Of a DNA stretch of 64,000 nt, positions 21,513 to 34,682 are shown piece after piece. Both the position numbers and the translations under genes were made by a program. The notes below the pieces were generated by a model. It saw only the letters and a list, made by a program, of their open reading frames with translations, was not told the DNA's origin and made no database searches. Source of the DNA: Macrostomum lignano (taxonomy: Eukaryota). Location: assembly GCA_002269645.1 (NCBI GenBank), contig NIVC01000033.1, positions 485,335 to 549,334 of the forward strand, in the 5' to 3' direction. Each line of letters begins with the position of its first letter. Within the stretch, counting starts at the first letter, position 1.

Positions 21513-23938
21513 TAGATACACGAAAAAACTATGTACGCTCGTACGCTCCTGTGCTCTTGCGCACACGCGCTCGCGGAAACAGACGGGAGGGGCAGGCAGC
21601 GTGCGGTCTGGGGGCCGAGCCTGCAAGTCAGCCTCAAAACAGCCTGTCAGCGTCACAGCGTCACGTCCTTGACCGTGGCGTTTCCGCTCCGTCAGCTGGT
21701 GCAGGAGGACCAGCGCCAACGGGACTTTTTGGTCGCCGCGGCCGTCACTCCGGTGGCAGTGGCCCAGCAGCACCTGGCGGCGCCAGCTTAGGGTGGCGCT
21801 CAGGTCAGGCCGCCCCTCGCAGCTGAGTCAGACGTTCCTGAGCAAATGCGCCGCGCGCCAGACCTGATTCGTCTCCAGTCGGAGATGATGGAGTCCGACT
21901 CTGAAAACTTGAAAGTTTTGCATTGGATATCACCAATTGATATGATCATAAATCATGGAGTGTACCATAAGAGACTGCAGCCTGCTAAAATTCAGACAAT
22001 GGCGTCAATTTTTCAAGTCATTTCAACTACTTGATAAATTTGCTCATTCCGTTGGTCCCCTGCATGGCGAAATTAATTACCACAAATGATAAATCAATGT
22101 ACTTTTACACAAATTTTTATGCTCATCTTGCTATGTGGGTCGTGCATGCAAATACACGCAAAAATAGAAATTTCTACAGGAAAACTTTTCTTAAGGTGCG
22201 AAGATTTAAAAGGCTTTTTAAGTTCTTTAAAACCTGAATCAACGCATCAATGCGTCAAACTATAGCATAGCAATAGCGCTTGACTGTTTGATGTGTACAG
22301 CCTGAATTAATTTCTACATGACAACAACTTCGCATTCTTAAATAATAAAATAAAAACATGAGGCAATTTTAACACCCAGAGGAAAGTGGAAAGCAGGGTA
22401 TTGCTTGCGCAAGGAATTCAAAAAGGCTTCAGCTGCAGTCGCGTATGATGCGACAAGACACCGCACCTCGTCTGCAGTGAGCCACACAGGAGCCCTGCGG
22501 GCGCGGCCAGTGCGAAGCGGAGTGCCATCCGAGCTAAGGTGCAAAAATGATCGAAGAGCATCTTTAAGCCCGGAATTTGGATGATTATTTTAAAGAAGAC
22601 TTTTCTTTAAGCCGAGTAAGCCAGTAGAAAAGTTTGACTCCATCGTCGCAAGTGCCGGCCAGACTAATGCATGGCCCAGGCCTGGAGTGACTAAGTGAGG
22701 GAATTCACCAGGGCAGAAGCCCCGGGTATAATGTGACTCTCTCAATCTGCCTGGACCTCTGTCCCTCCATCCCAAGCGTCGCTCGCCATCTAGACAGTCT
22801 GGCAGCTGGTCAGAGGTACACGAAAAGTTGATGCGAATTCTCTAAGAGCGACACAAAACGGTGAAAGAACCCCATGGGAACGAACCCCGATAAGGGCGTG
22901 TTGAAATAGTAAACTTCTCCACCTTCAGGCGAGCGAAGCAACTTTCTGGGAAAAGTTTTTCTAAGCGGAACAAAATCTTGAACGAAAATCAAAGCTTTTA
23001 ACCAGACGCGAGGCTTACATGTAGCTGTAAGTCGAATCAAAAGTGCATCTGCGGGTCCGCAATGATAGCATAAACCGCCGCGCGGTCACTCGGTGCTACA
23101 CTAACACTGGGAGGAATGTCTGTCGCGTGCAGAAACCGCGAGCAGACAACAGGAAAAGTGTCTTATTACGGGGCCATGCAATTGGCTAGAGCGGGTGCAG
23201 ATTCACTGTTCCCTTTGTTATTATCGTCATCAATATTTCAGCGCCGAGTTTCAATAGTCAACAGTAAAGGAGTTGTCTCGTATTGCAAAATCGGTGAAAT
23301 GGAACTGCAGGAAATTCCGCAGACAGGGCAGACACTGAAACAATTACACATGACTCGCCTGACTTGTTGGATTTCAGAAATGTCGCCGGTCACCAGCTGT
23401 TCTGACCAGCAGCGTATGCGAACCGGATATAAGCCTATAGGGTGCATAACGTCAGCCTGGAATCTAACTCTACATTGTCTTTGAATTCCTTCCGCATTGA
23501 AAGCCTTCTGTGGTCAACGATTAATAGAAAAAACAGACAAGTCCGTTTCGCGTATACAGGTATTCATTTATCATCAGTGTGCCGATCCCGGGATAATTTT
23601 ATGGAAACTTTCTTAAATTTATAACCACCTTCGGAAGGCTGTAGGGCCTGTCACATATATCAACGAAAGATATACTGCTACTACTACATAACGGACGCGT
23701 ACTTTAAAGCCTGTCTCGAATTCTTCAAGAAATACAAACTTTTAGAAGAGATCGAAGCAATAAACAGTGATCATCTACACTCGTACATTGCTTTAATCTC
23801 GAACAGAAACAGAAAAGAACAGCTTTTTAAAGCACTGGTAGACAACAAGAACCTCTTCTGGAGCAGGGCAACATGAACCGATCAATTCAAGCTTGGTAAG
23901 CCACGCAAACAGACCTGAAAGCATCAAGACAAGCTTGG

Positions 23939-24865
23939 TGTTGTATTTTTAGTTATAGTGAAATTTACGTAGACTCCCAGGTCCCATCGCTCATCAGACC
24001 CATCGCTTTGCATTCACCTTTTTGTCCGTTGTTGCCTCCACATCGAGTGCACTTTGGACCTGGTGCTGCAGTCTTCTCATGGCGAGCAACTGGCTTCGGC
24101 TTCTTGCTCAGCGCCTTCACGTGGAGCTCTGTGGCACGGACCTGCTTGGTGTCCCTGATGGCCGCCTCAATTCGCTCAGCCTTCTTGATAGCTTCATCTA
24201 GCGTCAGATTGTCCTCCTCCATCAGAAGTCTTTCCCTGATGCGAGGCACGCAGGTTTTCTCCACGAGTTGGTCTCGAATCATCTCGTCGTGGAAGGTGCC
24301 AAAGTTGCAGTTTGTTGCCAGTTCTCTCAGGGCCATCACGTAGTCACCGATGCTCTCGCCGTCGTGCTGGGCTCGCTGCCGAAAGGCGAAACGCTCTGCT
24401 ATTATGCTTTTCGACAAGCTCAAATCCCTTTCAGTGCCTTTTTGGTCTCCTGAAGCGACTTGCTTGCATCGATGTTTGCAGCTCGGCGGCGTCCTTCCTC
24501 ACCGAGCAGATGCAGGAGGATCGCCGTTTTCCGGCTCTCGGATGCCTCTTCGAGATCTCCAGCTACCAGAAAGTTCTCAAATGACTTGATCCACCTTGCC
24601 CATGGCACAGGAGGTTCGCCTGTTACTGGTTGAAACTCCGCTGGGTACGGGAGTCCACTGGTCACCATTCGTTGTATTTTTAGTTATAGTGATGAAACTT
24701 ACGTAGACTGTCAGGTCTCGCTTAATATATTTATACTCATATGCACGTTGACAACAGTGTTACGCAATCAAACGAACGATACTCATAATTGAACGCACGA
24801 TGCATATAAGGTAATTGAACACCGATGTACATTCTAGCCCCAAAGTTAGTCAGTTAGTTAAAACA
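23939..24865 (-). mobile_element. Gypsy (Ty3) LTR retrotransposon derivative: 5' LTR, PBS, frameshifted gag and a stub of the 3' LTR; pol deleted
   Basis: Gag motifs WARWIKSFENFL, AILLHLLGEEG, ERFAFRQRAQHDGESIGDYVMALRELATNCNFG and IRDQLV. The LTR 24670-24865 starts TG on the minus strand, is followed by TGGTGAC, and its end is repeated at 23939-23990. Confidence 0.88.
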
Positions 24866-24894
24866 CCTTGGCCCGATGCACAGTCAATAACACA

Positions 24895-25194
24895 TGGTAG
24901 GTCATACCAACGAAGCTGAAAGCATCAAGACAAGCTTGGTAAGTCATACCAATGGACCTGAAAGCATCAAGACAAGCTTGGTAAGTCATACCAATGGACC
25001 TGAAAGCATCAAGACAAGCTTGGTAAGTCATACCAATGGACCTGAAAGCATCAAGACAAGCTTGGTAAGTCATACCAATGGACCTGAAAGCATCAAGACA
25101 AGCTTGGTAAGTCATACCAATGGACCTGAAAGCATCAAGACAAGCTTGGTAAGTCATACCAATGGACCTGAAAGCATTAAGACAAGCTTGGTAA
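24895..25194. repeat. 42-bp tandem repeat, about 7 copies (1-2 more units at 23888-23938)
   Basis: Unit GAAAGCATCAAGACAAGCTTGGTAAGTCATACCAATGGACCT. Period confirmed at 24901 and 24943. Confidence 0.95.
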
Positions 25195-25780
25195 ATGAAA
25201 GGCAGTGCTGAGAGCACCAAGTCAGTTGTTACCAGATTTCACTGCTTCTGTACCGTATTCAAAAGGTTGTGTCGATAGATGCCATTAAAATTTTATTGGC
25301 ATTGTGATGCCTTGTAGATAAACTACTTATGTCAGTAGTGGTTGCAGAAGAGGGAAAATTATCAGTAGGGAATTATTTTAGGTTTATACTAAGCATCATT
25401 TGATAAAAAGAGTTTTTTATAAGTTTGGATATTTTGTCCCTAACTTTGCCAGGTTTCCAGATCAAAGTCAATATAAAAGTTAGTTACGAGCCAAAATTAA
25501 AACCAAAATCAAAGAATTAAAACAAAAAGCGAATCAAATTAAAAGCAGGAAGGAAGTCAGTCCCAATACGTGACCAGCGCCACGAATTCAGAATCAGCAC
25601 AGTTTTTTATTTTGAAAATTTCAATTTCAATTGCAGTAACTTGACAAAAGTTAATCGATTTCTCGAGCTTTTTTTAATTTTATTGACTTCCTGCTCACAA
25701 TTATTTGCAACTCAAATATATATTTAAGGAGTCTCCGTTCGTGCGCCTGTTTACGTTAGACCAGTTTGCAAATCTTTTAG

Positions 25781-27122
<1,342 letters not shown>

Positions 27123-27249
27123 GCAAGCACGCGTTTCGCCTGATCGTTTCTGAGACCGTTATTAACTCATAAACAGTGTTTTTACCCTGAAGTCAGAAAT
27201 ATCTCGTGCCCAAAAGGCAGAAACTCTTCATAAAATCAGAAGCCGCGGT

Positions 27250-27590
27250 TGCTTTATTGTTCAGGCAAACAATAAGCCTCAGGCGACAGGATTATTATTA
27301 CGTTTTTGTCTTTCCTTTTCACTTCCATCTCAATTCCTTGGCCACGATGTTTTCAATAAGAGCTCTCGATCGATCTCGCTTGAAAAGACTGCAGTTTGGC
27401 CGGAGAAGGAAAGTCAAATTGAAAAAAAAACACAGCCGCTTGTCTTCTGCTGGGCAGCATTGGGAACAATCCGCTTGCCTCAATCAACGTCAGTCAACGA
27501 GTCCTGAATAGTTTCTGACACTTTTTCAACACAGTTTTGGAAGCTGATATCGCAGCATATAAATCAATAGTTGTCCTTTTGAATCATAAA
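27250..27590 (+). repeat. Diverged duplicate of the region upstream of FReD copy 2 (28530-28835)
   Basis: Colinear blocks CAGGCAAACAATA, TTTCACTTCCATCTCA, ATCAACGTCAGTC and TTTTGGAAGCTG..GCAGCATATAAATCA occur in both. Confidence 0.65.
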
Positions 27591-27669
27591 TGCTACTGGA
27601 ATTGGAAGGTTTTTCAGTTTTTTTGCTTCAACAGCGAATTGGCTCGATTTTATTCTATAGCTTGGCTGG

Positions 27670-28000
27670 TCAGATGTCTCTTTCTGACGACAAAGTCCAA
27701 GACTTGGTGAGCATTTGATCCCTCTGCTTCTTTAAGTGTTTTCAGAAGCTGATCGGAAAGTTGAACTGGGCTTCGCAAGCTGTTCGGCACGGGAGAGTTT
27801 TTCTTGTTGAGACTTGCTGAGATGGACTCACGAACCTCGTGAGGTTTCTTGTGAGCCCCTCTGTCGTGCACCACCCCTCCTGGTGGCGTTTGGTTTTGCA
27901 CCCCATCCGTATCGGCCCATGGACTTCGCGGAAGGCTTGTGTTGCCATGGAAACCGACTCGACGTCTTCAGGTGTCGCGGCTGTGCGCCGTGACGGTGGT
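27670..28000 (+). mobile_element. DIRS-type retrotransposon RT/RNase H fragment (decayed)
   Basis: QMSLSDDKV..., FQKLIGKLNWASQAVRHGRVFL and ETDSTSSGVAAV resemble the DIRS LP.DK, LiGkLnfa..GR.fl and TDAS motifs. Stops and frameshifts are present. Confidence 0.65.
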
Positions 28001-28821
28001 TGAATTCGTGATTCGTTTGACTGGCAGTGTGAGTCAACTGGTGTTTGTAGGAATGCTGATTCTATTACAGGGATGTAATTACATGGATGAGGCCGATCTC
28101 CTGGAAAAATCACACAGCGGAGATGAGAAATAATCATTTTCATCTCATAATCAATAACTGCATTTGATCTGGGGCAGTGAAGATTACCATTCTTTTAATT
28201 TTAGCATGCACAACATGTTACTCTGTTATATTTTGGCTTGCATTCTCTAGGCTCTCACTGCCTCACCACACTTATCTGTCTTTGCCTCCCCTTCACTACA
28301 GTAGTACACCTAGTTAGACTAAAGCATTTTTAATGCTCCTAAATGCATCTGCGAGCGTATCCTATTAAGCATTTTGTCGGTTACATGTTACTTGAGACTG
28401 TTTCAGGACGTTTTGTCAGATGAAGCCTTAGAGCCTATCAGCTCAACTGTCAACAACAAAAAGAGTCCATCCCCAAGTTGAATCGGCTTGTTTTGCAAAA
28501 GTGTCTCAGAAATTTGAGTTTGGATGATTGTGCAGGCAAACAATAGAAGCCCGTTCCAATTATTTCTTGCTTTCACTTCCATCTCAGTCGCCAGAGCGTG
28601 AGGTTTTCAATGGAGAGCTCGCTTTGAAAGACAGTTTAATAAGGGAGTAAGAGCTACAATTTTTGCTAATGAAAACCAAAAAGACGCAGAAGTCACCCTC
28701 TGCTGTCGGGTAAAGCATTCGGCACGAACCGCTTCTCTTAATCAACGTCAGTCGCGGGACAACGTCAGACTTGTGAGACTTTTTCCAATACTGTTTAATA
28801 TTTTGGAAGCTGGTAGCAGCA

Positions 28822-28828
28822 TATAAAT
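28822..28828 (+). promoter_or_regulatory. TATA-like box upstream of FReD copy 2
   Basis: TATAAAT about 60 nt before the ATG at 28887, conserved in the duplicate at about 27558. Confidence 0.35.
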
Positions 28829-28886
28829 CAGTAAAGATCCTGTTTTCGAGCTGCTTTAGCCCAAACTGACAGTAAAGGTTGTCAAA

Positions 28887-29926
28887 ATGAAGCTCGTGCA
28901 CCTGCTGTGCCTGCTGCATTTCTCTGCGAGGTTTGATCGAGCAGCGACCATGTCGCAGCTGAGTGATCTCTGGATTCGAAGCCATGACAACCTGTCGGAC
29001 TATGAAGTAATCACTTCGCAGCAAAGCGGATCAGTTTTTCAATGCTTGGCAACCGCCAGCTCAAAGTTGACTGCAGCTCAACTCGTTGAGTACAATTCAA
29101 CTACAACGGAGTGCAGAATTTACAAGTGCCGCCCGGGGTTAAGCCTCTGTAGGAAGTGTCGAAACATCAACTCCGCAAAGCAGCAAGTTTGGGTGAGTTC
29201 CGGTCCAAGTGACTGTTCTTGGAGGCTTTTAACTGCTATCATGGTAAAGCTGGCTGTGCTCCAGTGTATTTATTAGCTCGAATATTCCAGATCCCGAGCG
29301 CGGCTGCCAGCAAGTGCTGGATGACGGTGCAGCACCGAGTCTCAAATTCCGTCAATTTTTATCGCACTTGGGCCGCATATAAACTTCCGTTCGGAGAGGA
29401 TGAGGATAGAAACTACTGGATTGGTACGCTTCCACATGCTGGCTATATAAACTTAGGCAAGTAGACTACAAAGCATTTTGTCACGCCAATTTCAGGCCTG
29501 GAAGCTCTGAATAGCTACACTTCTGTTCCCGGAGGGCGCAAGCTCCGATTCGTAATGACGTCTTGGAATGGCAGCGAGTCCTGGGCTGAGTACTCCAGCT
29601 TCTCCATTGGACCCGAGGCCAGCAGCTATCAACTCAGCGTGTCCGGATTCTCCAGCAGCAGCTCGGCCATCGGTGACTCATTCGGTCCGATGAGCGGCAG
29701 CAAGTTCAGCACCCACGAGCAGGACAATGACGGAGTGCCGTCCGTGAACGTGGCTTCTGACTATCAAGGAGCTTGGTGGTTCAACTCGGTCTCTCGCTGC
29801 CACCCGAACGGCCGGTACCAGACGCTGCCGACTGCCCCGAACGGACCCTACGGTCAGGGTCTGATCTGGCTGGACGGCTACGGATGCTGCTACTCCCTGA
29901 TGGAGATTGAGATGCTCGTCTACTAA
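28887..29926 (+). CDS. Secreted PAN/apple-like + FReD protein, copy 2; exons 28887-29192, 29291-29423, 29496-29926
   Basis: Same intron positions and phases as copy 1. Motifs [42 protein letters not shown] and CHPNG. Confidence 0.88.
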
Positions 29927-30489
29927 TTATTTGCTAATGAGGATCGAATTATTATTTTGAATGAAATTCTTAACCAAATTACGAGTTTAACAACGCACAA
30001 TAAATCAATGATTAAAATTAAAACGCAGACCTACCATCTTTTTGTTTTACGAAGCAGTTATGCTCATTTTTTGATAAATAAAACTAATGCGAGAAAGTAA
30101 ATACAAGGTTAGACCCAGCTAGCAATCAGCGCCCCCCCCCCTGTTTGGGAGGCAACAAAGAATGGAATTTTTTGCTTGTTTTTTTCTTTTCTGCTATTAA
30201 AAGTATTTTAAGGAAACTGATTCATATTTAAAGCAAAAAGCGTCAGCCCTGAAAGCCATGAAAGCCTAAGATATCAGCATCCCCTGTGAGCTTTAGGGCA
30301 TCAAAGCTTCCCTTTAAGCCATGGCTTAACCCTAATCTCCCTTTGGCTTGGCCCACCAACAACTTAAAATTGACCCTTGGCATCTTAGCAACCCACACTC
30401 CCCTCCATGAGCCTTGACATCTCAGCAATCCCCCCGTACATTGAGCTCCTTTTATGTTTGACATGACGTTGCTTTAAACTCAAGAACGT

Positions 30490-31455
30490 CACTGACCCAC
30501 AAGACACTGCTACAGCTGACTGATCCACAAGACACTGCTACAACTGACTCACCCACAATACACTGCTACAGCTGACTGATCCACAAGACACTGCTACAGC
30601 TGACTCACCCACAATACACTGCTACAGCTGACTGATCCACAAGACACTGCTACAGCTGACTGATCCACAAGACACTGCTACAGCTGACTGATCCACAAGA
30701 CACTGCTACAGCTGACTGATCCACAAGACACTGCTACAGCTGACTGATCCACAAGACACTGCTACAGCTGACTGATCCACAAGACACTGCTACAGCTGAC
30801 TGATCCACAAGACACTGCTACAGCTGACTGATCCACAAGACACTGCTACAGCTGACTGACCTACAAGACACTGCTACAGCTGACTGATCCACAAGACACT
30901 GCTACAGCTGACTGATCCACAAGACACTGCTACAGCTGACTGATCCACAAGACACTGCTACAGCTGACTGATCCACAAGACACTGCTACAGCTGACTGAC
31001 CTACAAGACACTGCTACAGCTGACTGATCCACAAGACACTGCTACAGCTGACTGATCCACAAGACACTGCTACAGCTGACTGACCTACAAGACACTGCTA
31101 CAGCTGACTGATCCACAAGACACTGCTACAGCTGACTGATCCACAAGACACTGCTACAGCTGACTGATCCACAAGACACTGCTACAGCTGACTGATCCAC
31201 AAGACACTGCTACAGCTGACTGATCCACAAGACACTGCTACAGCTGACTGACCCACAAGACACTGCTACAGCTGACTGATCCACAATACACTGCTACAGC
31301 TGACTGACCTACAAGACACTGCTACAGCTGACTGACCTACAAGACACTGCTACAGCTGACTGACCTACAAGACACTGCTACAGCTGACTGATCCACAAGA
31401 CACTGCTACAGCTGACTGACCCACAAGACACTGCTACAGCTGGCTGATCTACATG
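30490..31455. repeat. 28-bp minisatellite, about 34 copies
   Basis: Unit TGATCCACAAGACACTGCTACAGCTGAC. Period confirmed at 30661 and 30689. Confidence 0.97.
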
Positions 31456-32137
31456 ACAAAAATCAGGAATGTCTTATTTTTTATTGATCTTATTTTTTTT
31501 ATAGCAATCCAGTTTAGCTTTCTCAGTAATGACCTCTCTGAAAGCTTTTTTAACTGGGGAATAACTCAGAACTAACTCAAGTTTTTGAACCAACTAAAAA
31601 TTTTGAAACTCATACTGAAACTCACCATTCGAAGCTGAACAAGTAAACTTAAGCTGCTTTAAAAATTTTAAATAATTTTTGAACGACGAGAGATTTTTTG
31701 TTTAAGTATTGTTTTTGAATTATGAAATTCAAAAAATTGGAGTCAAAGTTATAGAATTTCGAGCTTCGACACTATATGAATAAAGAGTAAATATCTCCAG
31801 AGACGCACTGGAGCTGATATGGTGCAAACATATGAAAGGATAGATTTAGATAGATGCTGGATTGTGTCAAAATAACCAAGTATTTTTAAATCAAGCACGA
31901 TAAGGGATGTCAACTGAGGCGCCGAAATGAAGCTGCTTTCGTCTCAGCGGACATCGCTTTACTAGCTATTGGCAAAAGAGGGGGCTATTGCTGATTCTTT
32001 TAATGATTTTATTATTTTATGACCGCTGATTTCATACTAATCACTCGTGACATTAAATCAGATGTCTAGGCTAAATATACAATCGAATTTGAGTCGATAA
32101 ATGCCAACGGCTGCGCCCTGCATGGCGGGGCAAACGG

Positions 32138-32926
32138 TCACTGCAGGCGGCACGTGTAGCCTCCGTCTCTGCGCCCCGAGGCGGCCTCCAAGTCCGCGGC
32201 GCTGGCGGCATCGCGAGCCGACAGCTGGTCAGCGACGGTGATGTAGCTGTCATTGTCCGAGTCGCCCGCCTCGGCCTCGGCAATGGTGCCCATGTGCTGG
32301 CGCCAGGCCCGACTCAGTCGGCGCATCATCGCGTTGTGACTGGCCGATCGGCGCCGATTGCGGCGCGTTACGGCGGCGGCGGCGCGACTCGCGGCCAGCC
32401 AGGCGAGCGCCAGCCGCTTCACCTCGGCCTGCAGCTCCTCCTCCGTGCGCTGCTTCTTCTGCTGCCCGTTGGCCTGCCCAGCCTCCGGCTGCCGGCTCCG
32501 GTTGCGCTTCATCAGCCAGGCCTTGCGCAGGCGGCTGAGCATGGCGGTGTGCGGGTCCATGTCCGACTCGTCCTCCTCCTCCGGCCGGCGCTGCCACATG
32601 CTGAGCACCGTCATCTGCCACTGCAGTCGCTCCGTCTCGGACATTTCCGCCCGCTTCGCCCGACGCCGCTGCAAGAGGCCTTGCCCGGTTGACTTCTGCA
32701 GGCTCAGCAGCTGCCGCGTGTGGTCGCTGACGTCGCTGCGGTCGTCGCGCAAATGAGACCGCCTGTAGAAGCGGTTGAGCAGCTTGGCCAGGCCGAAGCC
32801 GATGGCGAGCAGCGCAAAGGCGACCATCACCGTGATGGCCGACTTGGGCACGACGAACAGCGGCTTCGGGCTCCAGCTCGAGTCTGCAGTGTCGTTGCTT
32901 CTGGACTCGTTCCATAACTGAGGCAT
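32138..32926 (-). CDS. Orphan single-pass membrane protein (about 262 aa) with a charged cytoplasmic tail
   Basis: GC-rich open frame. Short N-terminus with NES and NDT sequons, TM AITVMVAFALLAIGFGLAKLL, basic stop-transfer RFYRR. No family recognised. Confidence 0.65.
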   Translation of the reverse strand: MPQLWNESRSNDTADSSWSPKPLFVVPKSAITVMVAFALLAIGFGLAKLLNRFYRRSHLRDDRSDVSDHTRQLLSLQKSTGQGLLQRRRAKRAEMSETERLQWQMTVLSMWQRRPEEEDESDMDPHTAMLSRLRKAWLMKRNRSRQPEAGQANGQQKKQRTEEELQAEVKRLALAWLAASRAAAAVTRRNRRRSASHNAMMRRLSRAWRQHMGTIAEAEAGDSDNDSYITVADQLSARDAASAADLEAASGRRDGGYTCRLQ

Positions 32927-33663
32927 GATCGCTGCCAACACTCTGCGGCTTTGGGTCCTTCCCGAACTGCACAGCTTGTTCGCTGCCGCTCTTCATCTAT
33001 TTAATAGTCTGGCTATACGCGTGGCTCAAGTGCGGGCATGCGAGTCTTAGAGAGCGCAGCCTCCCCCCCCTCCAGGCCGAGGGCTGCTCCCGAGATGCTC
33101 TCCGAAATTGAAAGAGAAAATAAACTCCATTGTGCAGGCTGTGTGAGCTTTAATTTAAAAATGTTCGTATCAAGCAGCCTCTAGCATTTTACTATTTTAC
33201 CCCGATACAAAAGGTAGTTTAGACTTCTCTCAGCTCCATAGTACGAGCAAGAATGTGTCTTACAGTTCTGCACCAAAGGGTATTTAGGGTATTTCTGAGA
33301 GGGGCTATAAAATTCCGAACTTTTTGCATACTCAACTGCTTTGCGTGGGGGGGGGGGAACTCAAGCAAGCTAATCTAAATTCAATGCTTAGAAGTGTGTA
33401 TAAGAAACCAGCCGCACAACATGTAGCAATTTTGAAGCACTGCTCTCCCCTGCTTGTACAAGCAGTCCTGAGCTTCTGTCTGTTGGATAACTTGAATAAA
33501 TTTATTAAAACATCATACAGCATAGTCGTATTAAACTATTTACAAAGCTATTAGTAAAATTTAGATGAATTTTCACCCAAGAATGAATAATCAAGTGAGC
33601 ATGCAGTGATGTACCAATGAGCACAAGGGGTTTATTAGCTGTTCATAATTGGTGCTCCGTTAG

Positions 33664-34224
33664 TCAGCAGTCGAGACTGGCCCGCTTCTGCCGCCGGACT
33701 CCCTCCAGCCAGCTCAGCGGTCGCCTCCAGAGCGCCGCCGCCGCTCGGCCTCGCTGCGGCGCCCCGGGCGGCGCCTGAGCCTCCAGGCTCCAAGCCGAGC
33801 ACTCGCAGTTCAGCGCCCGGAACTCCGGGCTGCCGCCGCCGAAGATCGCCAGCTGCTTCAGTCGGGCCAGCAAAGGAAGGCGGCGCTTGGCGGACAGCGG
33901 CGCTGATTCAACAGCCGCATCGCCGTCCGCTGGGATATCAGCTTCAACAGCAGCTACCAGAGACGTCGTGGACGAGTTCGCGGAGCTCCGGCTGCTCAGC
34001 CAGCAGTCCCGCCTGCCGGAGAGGACATCCCTGGCCTCGAGCGCCGATTCAATGATCTCGGAGCGAGTCTGCTGCCAAAAGTCGCGCATTTGGCGAGGAG
34101 TGATTGACGTCTCGGTTGCGACGGCGACAGCGGCTCCGTCTTCTGCGTCAGCTGACTGGCTGTCGCTGGCGCGCAGTCTGGAGCGGCCGGATTTGCCTGC
34201 GGGCTTGAGCCAGGCCTTCGGCAT
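33664..34224 (-). CDS. Orphan ORF (about 186 aa from the ATG at 34224), unknown function
   Basis: GC-rich Ala/Ser/Arg-rich open frame with the same composition as the local exons. No domain recognised. Confidence 0.5.
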   Translation of the reverse strand: MPKAWLKPAGKSGRSRLRASDSQSADAEDGAAVAVATETSITPRQMRDFWQQTRSEIIESALEARDVLSGRRDCWLSSRSSANSSTTSLVAAVEADIPADGDAAVESAPLSAKRRLPLLARLKQLAIFGGGSPEFRALNCECSAWSLEAQAPPGAPQRGRAAAALWRRPLSWLEGVRRQKRASLDC

Positions 34225-34682
34225 GCTGAGCCCAGTGGGACACGAAGAGTGCGCGGACAATGCAGCGAGAGGTCGGTTCGAAAGATCGAACTGAACAAGC
34301 GGTAAGAGCCAATGCGAGCTTATAAATACCCGATTCCAACGGCTGCGCGCACTCCGAGATAAGGCCCGCACCTGTGCGTCAGGTTTTCGTTGCCATAATT
34401 AACTTGCCTAGCAAGCCCGCAGCGAAAGTCGTTGCTTCTAGGAGAGAATGTTTCGTTTTACGCAGCATTTTCTTGTGTCGCGATCTGCACGTGACCTACT
34501 GCGATGCCCTCAATGGTGTAAATTTAGACCATGACTTCGCGCTCGCATTGCCTTGGCCGTACAAAAACTTTTCGTCATAAAATGGTCTTACATAATTCTC
34601 AGGTTTAGCAATTAGGATCGGTAATTACGTAATTATATGACCGTACAGGTCCTAGCAATTATACGTTTGACCTGAAAAAAAT

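Noticed and set aside
24895-25211. ORFs from the 42-bp repeat (SIKTSLVSHTNGPE / YQACLDAFRSIGMT) and a CRISPR-like appearance
   Set aside because: The frames are open only because the unit is a multiple of 3. Units are head-to-tail without unique spacers, and there are no cas genes.
30490-31455. 28-bp repeat as a CRISPR array
   Set aside because: It has no spacers, it is in a eukaryotic context, and it is a simple tandem satellite.
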